DNA from: Takakia lepidozioides | Lineage: Eukaryota; Plantae; Bryophyta | Direction: 5' to 3' | DNA length: 64,000 nt | Assembly: GCA_030704615.1 (NCBI GenBank) | Contig: CM060733.1 | Location: 21,638,001-21,702,000 of the forward strand | Shown: one piece after another, positions 23,514-37,600 of the stretch | How the letters are laid out: every line of letters begins with the position of its first letter | Position numbering within the stretch: the first letter of the stretch is position 1 | Position numbers and translations under genes: made by a program | Notes under the pieces: generated by a model | What the model was told of the DNA's origin: nothing | The model's input: only the letters and a program-made list of their open reading frames with translations | Databases searched by the model: none

Positions 23514-26500
23514 TTACACGCCAAGCTTATGAGAACAACAGTCTGTAAGATTGGCAATCACAAATCCCGCAAAAACCTGCCAAAAGTGGAATGAAACCAT
23601 GTCAGAGTTAGACTGGGGATTGTTTAGAAAGCAGTTGTATTATCAAACATGATGACCCTTAGTGGATCACATCCTGCAGCAGAGCAAGGACTTGTGGCAA
23701 AAGCCAAATTATAACTGCTCCGTTTATACTTCACATCACCTTTGACTGGTTGGGCAGTTATTAATTAGTGTATGGGATCCCCACCTATAAATTTCTATAC
23801 ACCAGCAGATCCTAACCAAGGTGGCCTCAACTTCTACATGATTACTCAGGGGAAAAAGCATATACTAGAGGTTAGGGCGAAGTCGATAATGGACGTCAGC
23901 ATATACTAGAGGTAAGCAATAAGGCTAAGTCGGTAATGGACTTCAGCCTTCTTGACCATGTGAAGAAGGATATCTCCAGCAAAATTTGTGCCAAAGCATG
24001 TTCACTGCTATGGTGAATATATAACTAAAACATTCAGATAAAACAAATGAGCAAATGGCGTTTATGACTGCTCCTATTCCAGTTCCTGAGGTGACCGACT
24101 GTTTTGTATACACGTGCCAATCTTGGCTGATTAACTTAACTCGCCTATAAGGAGCACCAAAGTCTGCACAGAATGAGAATGAGAATGTGTACCTGGGCAG
24201 AGCCAAGAACATAAACAGCAGAGTAGTGCCGGCCATGGACCATCATGTCGGCTAGCATAGCGAGAGGAATAGTCAGAGACATGCCCAATGTCGCAACAAG
24301 AGGAGTCGTCCAGACAACAGATAAGGCCCTATACACACACACATTGAAATATTTAAGACCCTTATATTTTTAAATGTCTGATTCCATCAAAAAATGCGTA
24401 ACAGGAGGAAAATTTCAGAAACATCTGGCTCACCAATGTCAGAGTCTCACAATGAAGGAGCCTTGTTACCACTTTAGTGGTTTGTTTCAAACGATCCATT
24501 CCACAACATAGATACAGAAGGGTGCCATGACTACGATTACGATTACCAGAAGTAATCTGATACAACACTCCCAATGAACCCATTTGCCAACACGACCTCA
24601 TCCACTTTTGTCGATGTAGGTATGCTGAACTTGGGCTCTAACCCCAACGCATGGAGAGGCCACACTGCAAAAGTAACAATATGCAAAACAAATCATGTGC
24701 AGATCCACGAGTCAGAACTGAAAAAAGCAAGAATGGCATGGTCCCTAGATGTCGCCTGAGATTATAGCAGACACAGAATGACATTAAAAACAAACTCTCT
24801 TCACTTAAACCTTGCAATATTGGCCATGTGGACATCAAATGATAAAGTCCATACCTAACCACCAGAAAGCAACAAGGGTGAAGAGGCCAATGTAGCCAAA
24901 CAGCTTTTGCATGTCAACCCGGTTGCCTTCCTCACCTGCATACTTATTCAACAATACTGCAAAACCACGCACCAAGAATTCAATTGAGATCGTGGAAGTT
25001 TGGCAGATGTGATTCATGCAATCTAAAAGAGTGTCTGTGCTACTTGACCTTTGAGGTCCATTTGAACCTCTTCAAAATTAAATGTGGAGAGTGATGACTC
25101 AAGACAAGAAAAGAAGAAAAACGGAGAATCACAATTTTTGATCAAGGTTGAGCTCAAACTTCATGCAGGTCAGAACTAGACCTGTAAAGAAGCCATATGA
25201 GACAGCCGAGAGAAGGCCCAGGATATCGCCCGATAAAGAGTGCTGATCAAGCCTGTCACTCACTACCACATTCCCATTTGAGTAAGGCCAGTAAAAACAA
25301 CCATTCTCCATGTACAACATTGTGAACAGGCTGATGAGCCACCGGATGCAGTAAACCTTGTTCAGTTACAACCCTCCAAGGCAGCCCATAAAGGCTATCC
25401 CATAGACATCCCGTGACATTAAAAGAACACTCCTGATGGGATGCTGAGAACACATGCTCACATACATCACAATTCCAAATAGCTGATGGAGATACTTGTT
25501 AAGCTAAGGGGTAAAAAAGCAAGCCATAATCAGCACCGTGATACGTGCCAATCATGAACACCTGTCCAAAGGATCAAATAACATCAGAATATACTATGGA
25601 GAGCCACTTACTCGTTTCGAGAAGTACTGCTGCTGTCAGTCGCCCATGTCTTGCCAAGGGTGGTCATAGCAACACCCGTTATGCTGACAAGGACTGCCAC
25701 CACCTTGGCCAGGTTAAGAGAGTCCTGGCCTAGCACCACCCCAAAGATAAGGGTGAAGAGTCCAGCAGTTGAAGACAGAATTGTCGTACTTGCCACGCTG
25801 GTGAGTGCCAACGCCGCATTGGATAAATACTGCATCCAATGCACTAGATTATTTTCTACCATCTGCAACATTTTGAAAACCTAATGACCAGGACAATTTC
25901 TTACCTCGGTGATGAACCACAATGGAGCCAGGCAGAAACTGATCCACATGACTTCCCATGGAGTCAACGGGGCTAATTTTTTGAACGGTTCCACTTCCTC
26001 CATGCTCTTGAGCCTGAATGACAAACCTACGTCCGTGTCCATTTCATCCAAGTTGTTGTCTTTCGTTTGGATGAGCCTTCCAAGCTCGGCCTCTGAGTTC
26101 TTACTAATTCCATGGGAAGCCAATGGAAATTCTGGAAAAGTTGACAAATTGATCAGCCCGGCGCTGCTGTCCTTCCGATATTTGACAGATCTCTTTCTGA
26201 GGCAGCCATAGATCCAGTCCTTTAGCAGGGATAGCGGAACATACACAACCAAAAGAGACGCTCCCAGATATGTAAGCACAAATGGGTGCTTGTAGGCCTC
26301 GAAGATGCTCTGCACCCCAGATCGTGAAAGTTAGCTTCATGTACTTTCATATTTGTCTAGTCTGGTAGCAGTAGGATGTGCACACCCAACACTACTGTAA
26401 TTGACTCATGAGATAAAGCATGGGATCCATCAGCTCATATGCCGTTGGCCTTTAACCACAGACTAGACACCACAGTTTAAATTTGCTAACCCCGGACAGA

Positions 26501-27503
26501 ACACCACAGGCAGTCCCAGAGATACAGCAACTAATCTCTCTGTCCAATATATTTGTGATGGAAGAACCATTTCAGATGAGTGTGCATTCATAAATGTATA
26601 GTTTCCATTGAGCAAGCTGTTGGCCCCATCCTCACACATCGGCGCAAGGAGGCACATACAACCTCAGAGGAGAACAGGACACTAGAGAGTGGCATGCTGG
26701 TTTGTAAAATTCCAGCAAAATCTCTGACATCAACGAGGTTGGAATCAAATGACATTTCCATACATCAGATAGACTCTCATTTTCCTAGATTTTTCACCCG
26801 AAAGTTTGCACTCCATTTATTTCAATTCTGTGTTGCTCAGTCAAGATGTGTGAAGAGAATGCCTGCCTAATGTTGCAAAGATCCTAGCCCATCATGCCAT
26901 AAATGAACCCAGCTCTCTCAGAAATCCTCTTCTTGTCTGTCACATGGAGGATCAGTGGCAGTTATATCATCATCTTGCTCAATTAACCATGATTAGTCAA
27001 ATGTAGTCTGTCCTGTGAATTTTGCAATTTTAAGCTAAATTACACACCCCAGTGACTCGAAACCCAGTGGCTCGACCAGTTTGAGTATCCCGAGGAACTA
27101 TAACCCGCAAATGTATGCCATAGCCAAATGCGTCTCTCATCGAAGCTCTTCCCTCCGAGTGTTGAGTGGCATTGCTGCTATTGCATTTGTTCCAATATCC
27201 TTCTCTCCATCTCAATCTCTGCTAGTCTACCCCCCCACCCCACCCCTTGGCTCCGTCCACACAGATCTAAGACCACAAGGATATGGCAAGCATTTTCTGA
27301 TGGAACATTTCCAATGATCCAACTCTGACGACCGAATACAGCGGTAAAACGGACGATTCACTTGAGACTGCATGCCCGTCAGATATCTACTGTGAAATGA
27401 AGTAAAACAAAATGTGGCGGACCTGTGTCACTTCAGCCGATGTGACCCATATCAAGACAACGGTTGCAATCAACAGCAATCCTCCCCTGTATCGCCACCC
27501 CAT
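23514..27503 (-). CDS. EamA/DMT transporter, SLC35F5/THI74-like
   Basis: Exons 27503-27423, 26309-25905, 25829-25612, 25252-25182, 24956-24855, 24664-24547, 24328-24193, 23576-23514. Motifs [75 protein letters not shown]. Confidence 0.92.
23857..23947. repeat. Imperfect ~41-46 bp tandem duplication in EamA intron 7
   Basis: AGCATATACTAGAGGT...AAGTCG(A/G)TAATGGAC(G/T)TCAGC occurs twice. Confidence 0.7.
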
Positions 27504-28339
27504 CACCAAATGTCCAGCCCCGCGCCTTTCTACAAAATCCTTTCTAGAGCTTCCATGAGCCTTAAATTAGTCATTTTTCAACCAAAGTACAGCGTTGGAG
27601 CCTTCAATCTGCGGAGTAGCTCAACACCCAAGACCAACTCATCAATCAATCCGCATTGAAATTTTGTACGTTACTTTATGCAATCTATTTCGGTGTCCGC
27701 AGTTTGATGCAGAGTTCGTAAGATTTAGTACAGAGATCTCGATTTTGGCTACTGCATTCTGAGAAACATTAAGCAGGTCTGCAGTGTAGGTCCTTTCACA
27801 AATGTACCAGGCTACGCTGCACTCGCGGTGAAAAACCAGACCTTGCCAAGCAATGCCAAACACTGGAAAGAATTAAAAGCGCTCCAGCGCTACGAAAGCA
27901 ATGCAAGAATGCCCATCGGTGGTGCAACCCGAACAACTGCAACCATGAGATCTGAAGCCAAAAGCTTCACACCAAATTAAACTTCGAGATCTAAGAAGAA
28001 ACCCGGCAAAATAAAACCCCACCAACAAGATGAATGACGATTCAGACACTGGAGAGGGCAAATCAAAAGAACCTAACTGCGACAAAACGATCCCTCCGGG
28101 GGCCTAATGAATAGCCACGGTAAGACATTGGACCGTGTCCAATTGTTTATATAAAACAAACAAATTTCCCCCTCTCAATCGACACAGATACAGTAGCAGT
28201 CTGCAGGATGACCTGTGTGATCCCGCCAATGCATGCAAATCATCGTCTTCCACAGCAGCCCATGACCTGCCTGATTCCCGCCACCACCCTCGCCTTTGAC
28301 CCTCCCACCACAAACCCTAGACATGCCTCTTCTGTACTC

Positions 28340-28483
28340 GCGAGTGCGGTTATAGGCCTCCCTAGTGGTCATAGGGTACCCTTCTTATGTGATCGAGAGT
28401 GCGGTTATAGGGATCCCTAGTGGTCATAGGGAAGTTCCCTATTTCCACTAGGGAGTCCTATAACCGCACTCGCTAGGGTACCC
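28340..28483. repeat. Three copies of a ~37-bp unit (two direct, one inverted) forming a near-perfect palindrome
   Basis: GAGTGCGGTTATAGGnnTCCCTAGTGG at 28342 and 28397, with the reverse complement at 28435-28471. Arms 28397-28433 and 28435-28471 match at 33/37 positions. Confidence 0.85.
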
Positions 28484-30107
28484 CTACGGCATGCCAGCTG
28501 TCCCTGAATTTACCAGAATAACATTTACTCCAAAGTGAAAAGTGTCAGAGTCACGTAAGACAGATCTGGAAGAATCGCGTGTCGGATCGAAGTCGCTCAG
28601 GTGGTACTGGGTTCAAATCACACAACGTGCACTGCAGCGTGGCTTTCTTCCCTTTTTATGCTTTCCTCTCTCAAAGGTGTCAATCATGTCGATCAATCAT
28701 GCAGATATGGGGCCACGTGCGGCACGTCACCTGGTGGGGTACATAATGTTGAGGGACATGAGCTTTTAGTTGCTCAGGGATACATGAGCGCCGCAACTGA
28801 GGACTCATGTTCTTTTTGGATTGTGTTTTCTTTTTGTCCTCTGAAGTGCGTTCTGGAAACTTCTCGGAGGATCTTGCGTTTTAGTGGATTCCCGAGTTAG
28901 TGAGTTTGTTAGTGAGTTTGGTAGGTTTAGTTGAATCGTGGAGTTATTAGTTGGTCTGGTAAGTGAGAAGGGCCAGAGTTGTCTCTTCCTTCGCGCTCGT
29001 CTCGGATGGAGTACTAGTCTTTCGGGGGATCTTCGTCTTCCGTGCTCAAACGATTTGTTGCAGGACTTTGGCCGTAAGTTTGCTTGAATTTCGTGGCCAT
29101 CAACCCTAAGAATTGACGTGGACTGCGGCGTTCCTTAGTCTGGTACTCTCTCTCTCTCTTTGATCTCTTGAAGAAAGAGAGTAATTTGATTTCACTGGAA
29201 GATGTGTTTCGTTGAAGGTGCTCACATGGGCCATATGCTGCGCCTTCTGAAGGTGATTTTCTTTGTAGAGTCGATGGATATGATGCACCAGCCATGTCAG
29301 ATTTGTAGCATTTAATTTACATCAGGTTGTGAGTGTTTTCTTTCTGTATCAGTGCCCGGAGTCGAGGAGAGGAAGACTGTTAACTTGAGCTGTAATACCA
29401 CTCTCACCGTGGCTGAACCAGTAGGTGAATAATGTTGTGGCATTGGGCCAATCAGGGGTTTATTAACCTCGTGCTAGAATATGCTCCCTGATCGATACCA
29501 TCCTTTTGAAGTTGGAAAAAACTGCAGGGCGGGTAGTGTGATGCTCCTGTGCCTAGCTTCAAACCCTGTTTACTTGGTTTGCTTGGGAACTCTGGAAATT
29601 CTGCTTTTCGGGCTGTCACATGGACTATTTGTGTTGGGAAGTAGGGAATTATGGTGACTAGCTTCAACAGCTGGTTACTGTGGCCTGGTGTGATTGTGTA
29701 TGGTAACTGAATGTTGTGGGTTGGAAACCATTGAGTCTAAAATAAACCCGACTCCTGCAATTCCACCGATTTCAACCGCTATGGGTGAAATTCACTGCAA
29801 GAGCTCAGTATCAGACGCAGCTGAGAGAGTTGGATATGTTCCAGCTGCGGCTTGGGGAATTGGCTTGGCAAATTGGATATCTAGGTGGCCTAACCACGTT
29901 GGAAGGATGTGCAGCAAGCGAATCCCTCCGTTGCGATGCAAATGACCATTAGAGGGAGACACCCCCTAACATGGGCAGAGCTTACCCTAACGGGTTATGG
30001 AGATAAGTTACACTCCCATGGGCCTCTCGACATCTTATTTCTAAATTTTATAACCCTAAGTATTGGTTGTTCATTCATGTGACAGCTGCAAAAAACGCTT
30101 GGGTGCG

Positions 30108-30431
30108 ATGGCAGCAGCTCAAGTGGGTGACGTTACTGAGGAGGAACTGAAGAATTACAATGGGAGCAGCCCAGGTCTGCCACTCTTTGTTGCCATCAGG
30201 GGGAAAATATATGATGTTTCAAGTGGGCGGGATTTTTATGGTCCTGACGGTCCTTATGCAGCCTTCGCTGGAAAGGATGCCAGCCGTGCGTTGGCGAAAA
30301 TGTCAACTAAAGTTGAAGATGTGAGCTCAAATCTGGATGGGCTTTCTGAAAAAGAAATTGAGGTGCTTGATACCTGGGACAAGAAATTTGAGGCCAAGTA
30401 TCCAGTGGTAGGGAAAGTTGTTGCTTCTTAA
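30108..30431 (+). CDS. Cytochrome b5-like heme/steroid-binding protein (MAPR/MSBP family, short form without TM helix)
   Basis: Single coding exon: VTEEELKNYNG, LFVAIRGKIYDVSSGRDFYGPDGPYAAFAGKDASRALAKMS, WDKKFEAKYPVVG. A 5'UTR intron at ~28959-30085 is possible. Confidence 0.93.
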   Translation: MAAAQVGDVTEEELKNYNGSSPGLPLFVAIRGKIYDVSSGRDFYGPDGPYAAFAGKDASRALAKMSTKVEDVSSNLDGLSEKEIEVLDTWDKKFEAKYPVVGKVVAS

Positions 30432-31607
30432 AAGATTCTACAATCATCCTTCTGTTCATTTGATCCATAGCCTCTCGTAATCTCTCTGGATGTCCATTAC
30501 AAGTGTACTTATGCAGATGACGTCCCAATAAACCCAGTCACATTTCTGTGTTGGACTAGCGAGAGTGAAGCCATCAGGACGTCATATCTAAGGAATCCGT
30601 TTCTCTGAAGATTGAAAGCGGGAGGATGAACAGAGCTGGCTCAGCTTATGACCGTACCTTACAGCAGTGTGATCACTCCAATTTGGTGGTTACAAAGCTC
30701 ATGAAAGAAATAGGAGGAAATGTAATTCTCAGATTGAAGAGTCTTGAGAAACCTCCTATGGCCGAGGATGAGAATAAACAAGCGGATAGGGCCACAAAGG
30801 GGCTTACAAAGGCAACCATCCATACCATGTTATCCTCCCATGGTGGGACGGATGTTTACAGAAAGTACTTTGGCCTTAATTGATTCCCAAGAACTCTTTA
30901 CCACTGACCTCCAATATTTCCATCAGAAAGTTGTTTCCAAATCTTTCAACAGCCCTGGACCACATAGAGGGAGAAAGAAGAGAGAGAGAGAGAGGCGAGC
31001 AAAAACTTCTCAATGTAACTCATTGAATTAAAACTTTACCTGGCTGGTTCGACACAGATTACTGCAAGTAATGCTACTGTATGAATATTTTCTCACTAAC
31101 TACAGCCATAAATAGTGTGACACAGTAGACCACACAAGAAGCTGCCACTTACAACAGGCGAGATCAACCCTCCCACTCAGACTGTATTAAGAATCGCAAT
31201 TTTCCTGCTTTGAAAGGCCATCGTGAATCACGTACAAATCAGCCCCACTGCAGGAGAAAACTGGCCTTCACAGAGTTTTCACATTTCCCAAACGAAATGT
31301 GGCCAAACTGACCTCAGCACATTTCCACACTGGTTGATGTCATTCCCACTTGGAAAAGCTGACAGTAGAGCATCCTCAGGCTCTTCAATGATTTCACTCC
31401 AAGAAATAAACAAGTTAACACTGCTGGTCTGAAAAAGGAAATGCAATCTAGACTAGATGGAGGAAGCCTGCTGAAGAGTTATGAAAAAAACGATTGCAGT
31501 GAATGACGATGAATGTTGAGGCAACCATGAAACACTATGATACAAATCACCCCCATATAATAACTTGTCAGATAGGACTAGTGAACAAATAAAATTAATC
31601 ATAAAGC

Positions 31608-34600
31608 TTAATCCTTGTTAGCATGTTTCTTCCTGCGAAGAAAAGGGACCGCTCGCAACCCCATACCCACAGCCACCCTTGAGTTCTTATCAGGGTCGGT
31701 GGTATTGGGAGAAGCCTCTGGCAAGACTACACTAGAAATGGACTGGATCCCAACATTATAGAGGGTATCTTCACTAGAAGTAAGACTTGGGATAACAAGT
31801 CGAGGGGGTGGTATGGGAACCTGTGTTCCATGACTCTTCTCATGGAGAACTTCCCCTACGGATGAGACAGTTTGAATGCTGGACACAAGCAACTGACCAG
31901 TACCCAGATTTTGATGGTTCTCTTCAGAGGCATCCATGCCTGGGACCGTACCTCTAGTCTCAATGGTGTCTCTCTCTTGGGGAGCTTCGAGGTTGGCGAG
32001 TTCATCTTCTGTGTCTGACACACAGAATCCCCCGCCGGTCACCAAATAGTCAGGCACCATCCCGCCTTCTGACTCGCTGGCCACAACTGCATCCTCATTG
32101 TCCCCCCCACAGACCCTGCCACTCTCAGACCCTGTTTCCACCCTTGCGTTTCTTCCCAGGCTCACATTGCCAAGCATTTCTTCATCGTCACTATTACAAA
32201 CTCTGCCACCATGTACAAGGCCCATTCCAGCTGGAATGTTTCCATTAACTGTCTCATGTGGATTTAAGCCTCTTGTGTTCTCACTGGGTAGGTGCTCTGC
32301 TATCAAGGTCCTTAGATTCCTTTGAGAACTCTCAAGAGCGACAACTGGTTTTTCTCTCACAAGCTCCCCTGCCTGTGAGCTGCCGTTGTCAGCAGGAGTA
32401 TTGGAAGGTCCCATCGCCTGCTCTCCAGAACCTGCCTCTCTGCTTTCAATGACTATTGACTTGGGGTTGGAGTTGTTGTTCTCGAGTGGAAGATCGCTGT
32501 CACTCTCAGACCCAGGAGACACACTGTGGCCATCTGAATCTTCGGCCAACTTGTACCTCACCTGAGTGCGTACTCTGGTAGACTGCATGGACATGAGAAA
32601 ATCTTGAAATTAGTGAGGTTTTTTGTCAAAGGACATTCCTTGAGAACACAAAGAGATCTGATACACAATCCTTCACATTGAATGTGCAAGATAGGTCATG
32701 CAGTTGGGTAGTTGTTGCTTACCCTGCGAGGTTGCAGAAGGTGCTCAGCAACTTTCCTCTTCAAACCCACTGTATCCACACCCTCACCGCCACTTGAAGA
32801 ACTATCATCCACCACACCTCTTCGACTGACACCTCTCCCCATTCCTCTTCCTCTCCCTTTCCCCCTTCCCCTGCCCCTCCCACGAGCAATTTCCAGTCCC
32901 CTGTTCTCTTCCCCGACATTGTTGGATGCCATCTTGCAAGCATTTGCTTTCTCGTGGCTGAACTGCCGCCCACCACGACCCCTCCCTTTTCCTTTCTGTT
33001 TTCCTTCAATGGTAGAGGGAAGCAGATCCGGCTGCTGCATGAGGGTGTGTTGATCATCATTCGAAGTCCTCTGTTCCGTCCTGCAATCCATGACTGGAGA
33101 TACTGGTGCAGTTGTGGTTGTTGTTGATGGAACTTTCTCCTCACTCTTTTTCTTCAATTTCTTTGCTGGTGAGGAAGCAGCTTGATGCGAGGGTATGTCC
33201 ATAAGTTCACTCGACCGCCGGCCTGTGATACCAGTGAGTGCTTTCTGTATCCGTTTACTTCGAACCTTAGCAAACCTCTGGTTGAAGCTGTAAAATGCCT
33301 CCAGCCGAAGTTGGGTCTGCCACAGTGTTACAAGATACCGAAATTGGTTTAGAGCATTTCCACTGGATGGGCAAACTGAGAATCACATTTGACAAAAGTT
33401 GGAATGTTTCTTGAAGGGTGCATTGCTTAGAACATTGCCACTACATGGGCAAACTGGGCGGAGCACCTTTGATGAGAGGTTGAATCTCTTTATTGGGTGA
33501 TTAAATGATTTAAGAAGTGATACTAAACTGACTTACACAACATGGCAGTATCATCTGATAAAAAGGAAGCTTTTCATTTAGATTTGCAATATTTGAAGTA
33601 CTTATGAATGCGTAGCCCATGTGGACCATATAAAACTCAACACAAAAGTAGCTCTGCCTTCTCTCAGGTGAGTGTGCATGACACCTCTGCATGGCCCAGG
33701 ACAAGCAACCAGACCTAAATGTTGCAATGGCAACTGAAAAAGTCCACCACTTGACAAAGAACCCACCCACCAATACCCCATTGAGACTAAGTGCATAATT
33801 ATGCTTCAGTTCCATTGCTAACAGTTTATATTCTGGTTATGCCTATTGGAATAAAGACAACTTACCTCACGACGGTCGTACTCTTTAAGCACAGGCAACA
33901 GCAACTCGTCCACCTTGTCTTTCGTCCATGCAAACCTCTCAAAGCAAAAGCTGCATGTCCCCACAGGTTACTGTTTGATCCCAAAGAGCAGCCACTATGT
34001 TTGGATGGCCCTTGTAGGCTTAACAAACATGGCATCAATGACAGAAGGATTGGATAGCTCAGCCGTCAGATTATTAAGAAAAAAACCAAATCCATAAAAC
34101 CAAATCCAAAAGAATGTACTCATAAGACATTGCTTGCCATAAAACCAACTCCAAAGAGGACTGAAGGGGGTAGGCTGTCCCTTACTTGCGGAGAGACTCC
34201 AGGTCTGGGCGGCCCCAGCTAAAGGGGTCCATTGATTTGTCTACTTGTGGATTTCTGTAGGCTGCCACCACCTTCTCACTTGGGAATGACTCTGGAATGT
34301 TCCAGTTTTTGCTCACCGCCCTCTACAGAATCACAGAGCATCTAATGAAAAACAAGATAAACAGTGAAACTCAATGGAAATCAAATTTGGTTGCTGTCCA
34401 ACACAGTTGTGGCTTTAAAAAGAAGGTTAGAAACAGCCTTAATCAAATAGGACAAATCCACAGCAGGAATCCTCCCCTCAAAGATACCAATACAAATGAT
34501 TGATCAGACCATCTATGGTGAAGACAAGACAACTTGCACAAAATTCTCAAAGTGCTAAACCCAGTATTCCTCAAGCATCTCAGGTTACAAGGCATTTAAG

Positions 34601-37600
34601 GGAAGTGAGACTCCTCAAGAGACTGGAGGAACTAAGACCCATACATGATTCTCCATGAAAACTTGCTGGCGAATTTGAACATCAGGATCACCCCCAATAT
34701 CGTTTCCATCCCCCACTTCTGTTACTCCGTCCTCGCCATCCTCTTCAACCATATCCTCCCCATTGTCTGTCAGTTTTTGTTCACTCTTACCACCCTGCTG
34801 CTCTGCTTGGGGAGGCTTCCCCTGTGTGCGTGCTTGTTTGCTTTTCCCCCTTGACCGTAGCTGGACTTTGCCAAGCAGTGACAGATCCGGAGACTCCAGC
34901 CACTCTTTAAACTTCTTGAGTCCACCTTCCTCAGCAAATGCATTCACCACCTCAATTGCATTGACTATGCCTATTCCACTGTTCAAGAGGCATACCAAGC
35001 TCACAGGTTAGTAAAGACCTTTAGCTGCAGGTGTGATACCCAGTGTCCAGGTACCATGGAACAATCCCCAGCAGAATCAGGAAGGTAACACAGGGAGAGA
35101 ACAAAAAAGTGTGCAAGAAATACGCAAAGAGGGAACTGACTGCAAACTTTACTGGTTAAAAAGGGGCAAACCTGATGCCTTCTGTGTAGTCACTCCCTAA
35201 CAGCAAGGCCATGTGAATCAACTTCTCTCGACTTAAACCCATCTCTGTCTCCACATCCTGCAACAGTACTCTTCAGATTACTTAACATACGCTGGGCGAA
35301 TTATTGTATGGCTGCCTACTATGTCGCCATACTGAAAAATGTGAACTAATGAAAGCAGAGGCTTCGCCACACACAGTAGTTATATACTCTTGAATGACAA
35401 TTCCTCTTCAAACTCCTTGATTTTGGCTTTATATCATGTCACAAAAAAATGAGAAAGTTTGTTTAGTTCTTTCCTGTTCTTTCCTGCATATCCCAACATC
35501 GATATCACAAAAATGTTAATAGATTCAAACCTTCATGTAGTATGTCTCCACATATTTACGGTCATCAAAAATGTTCTTGTAGACATTTTGTCCACCGAAA
35601 AGAAACACGTCACAATCATCTGTGACAACGCCATCTACCAATTGGACAGAATCCAGGTAGGCACACTGTGCCTCTGCTTCCATTGGAGCTATGATATAAG
35701 GGAGGCCAAACATCTGCAGCAGCTCCTGCCAACACAAATCCATAACATCGCTATCAGTTCAAACAAATGAGGAGAGCACTCGATTGGAAGGAAGGCGCTT
35801 ACAGAGGTGTGTTTAAACAAAAGCAATGTTGGACAGCTGCATAGACATCCCTGTTGGAGAAGTAAGAGCAGCAGCACAAGGTCAGTGAACGAGTCTAAAT
35901 AGCATAAAAACATCTACTTGGTCTGGTGTCTCCAAAGACCTGGCATTCAGTAAACATCTCCCCTGTGACAGAAGCTGCATTACGCTCATTCTTCTTCTGA
36001 GCATTTCGGAGTTCCACCTCCTCCTGGAACAGCAGCTCTCGCTCTCTCACCAGCCTTGTCTGGATAGCATCTTGCTCCTCAAGCTCAGCGTGCAACTCAG
36101 CTTCCTCTCTTGCAAGTGCCTACCAACAGTTTCCAGATTTAGAGTAAACACAAAATCCATGCCCTTCACTGTTGTCCAAGTTACAGCCATTAAGAGTGCC
36201 TACATCTCTTCGAGGAGGAAGTGATATAATTAATGATGTCTATAACATATCATCATAAAGATCTACCTTACAGCAAGCAGAACACACCCTTGGCAGAACT
36301 AAACAATTCACATCAGTCCACAATCACAAGCCCCAACCATCTTCTTTGGAGCTGCTAGATTCTTGCTACATAGGAGGCCCCTTTAAACTTAACACTAACA
36401 GAAAAAGTACAACCCTGGGGAAATGTGGAGCCTCTGGAGTTACAAAAGCTACAAACCTCTTACATTGGAGACGGCACCTCTAGATTGGCAGCAGTGACAC
36501 AAGTGGAGGATGTCCACAGCCTTTCATCCCGTTCCCACAGTGCTACAGTCGTTGGAGACTAAGAGAAGAAAACCCGACATAATGCTAAACATTATAACAA
36601 AAAACTGGTTTACAAGAGGACCTCGGTTTCAGTTATAATGACTACCTCTCGCTCTGCCACCAAGTCAGCCTCATGCTTTAGCATCACTTCTCTCTCTCTT
36701 GCCACATCCATCTCGTCTGCTTCTCTGATCAACTCCTCTGAAGTATTGTTGTTCGCATGTTTGGGTATATGTTCACTTTGACCTGAATTTAGTATCTTGT
36801 TACTCTTGACATCCTCTTCTTGCATCCCGCTTTCAGCTGGAAGAACTACTTTCGCATTTCCACATGTCTCTCCTTCTCTTGACATGCCCCCAAACAATGG
36901 GGATTTTTCTGAAGCTTCCGCAGCCCTTGGATGAGGTACAACTTGAGCATTGCTTAGAGAGACATCAAGTCCTCTGTGGTATCCCTCATCAAAAAGATTT
37001 GGTGGAAAATTGCCTCGTTGCTTGTCTTCATTTCTCATTGCTGTGGCCTCTTTTGGATCCACTGAGTGTTCAATGCCGGAGGCACTGGAGGTATTTTGTA
37101 CCAATGCAATCACACCCTGATCGGCTGACAGCGCCATCTCAGCTTCATATCCAGAAAGGTTTCCTGCTTGCATACCTTGCATAACCCCTCTAGCATCAAA
37201 CCCTCCAAATCCGCTATCATAGCGAACTTGGGTGCAAGAATCTCTGAGGATGTTTCCCTGTCTGGCACCGTAAGCGTCATCTTCACATGAACTCACTCCC
37301 TCTTTAGAGGCTAGTTGGCACCCTATCTTTGAATCAATTCCATATGATCCCAAAGGATGCCTCTCCATCTCAATCCTTCCCAATCTGTCATCGCTTTCCA
37401 TGATACCTTCGGCTGCAATACCACTTTCTGGTGGTACTACTCCCTCCACCTCACTTCCCCTATTCTGAGATACTGACTTTCTCAAGTCTTCGACTGAGAG
37501 GATTCCCATGGCACCGGACCTCCCCACCAGATCTCGATCTACATCTCCCCTCTGCATCCTTTCTACCATCCCATCCCTTCCCCCCTGAGCACTCTCCCCA

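Noticed and set aside
30626-30883. 85-aa ATG ORF downstream of the MAPR gene
   Set aside because: No recognisable domain; it lies in the probable 3'UTR/intergenic zone between convergent genes.
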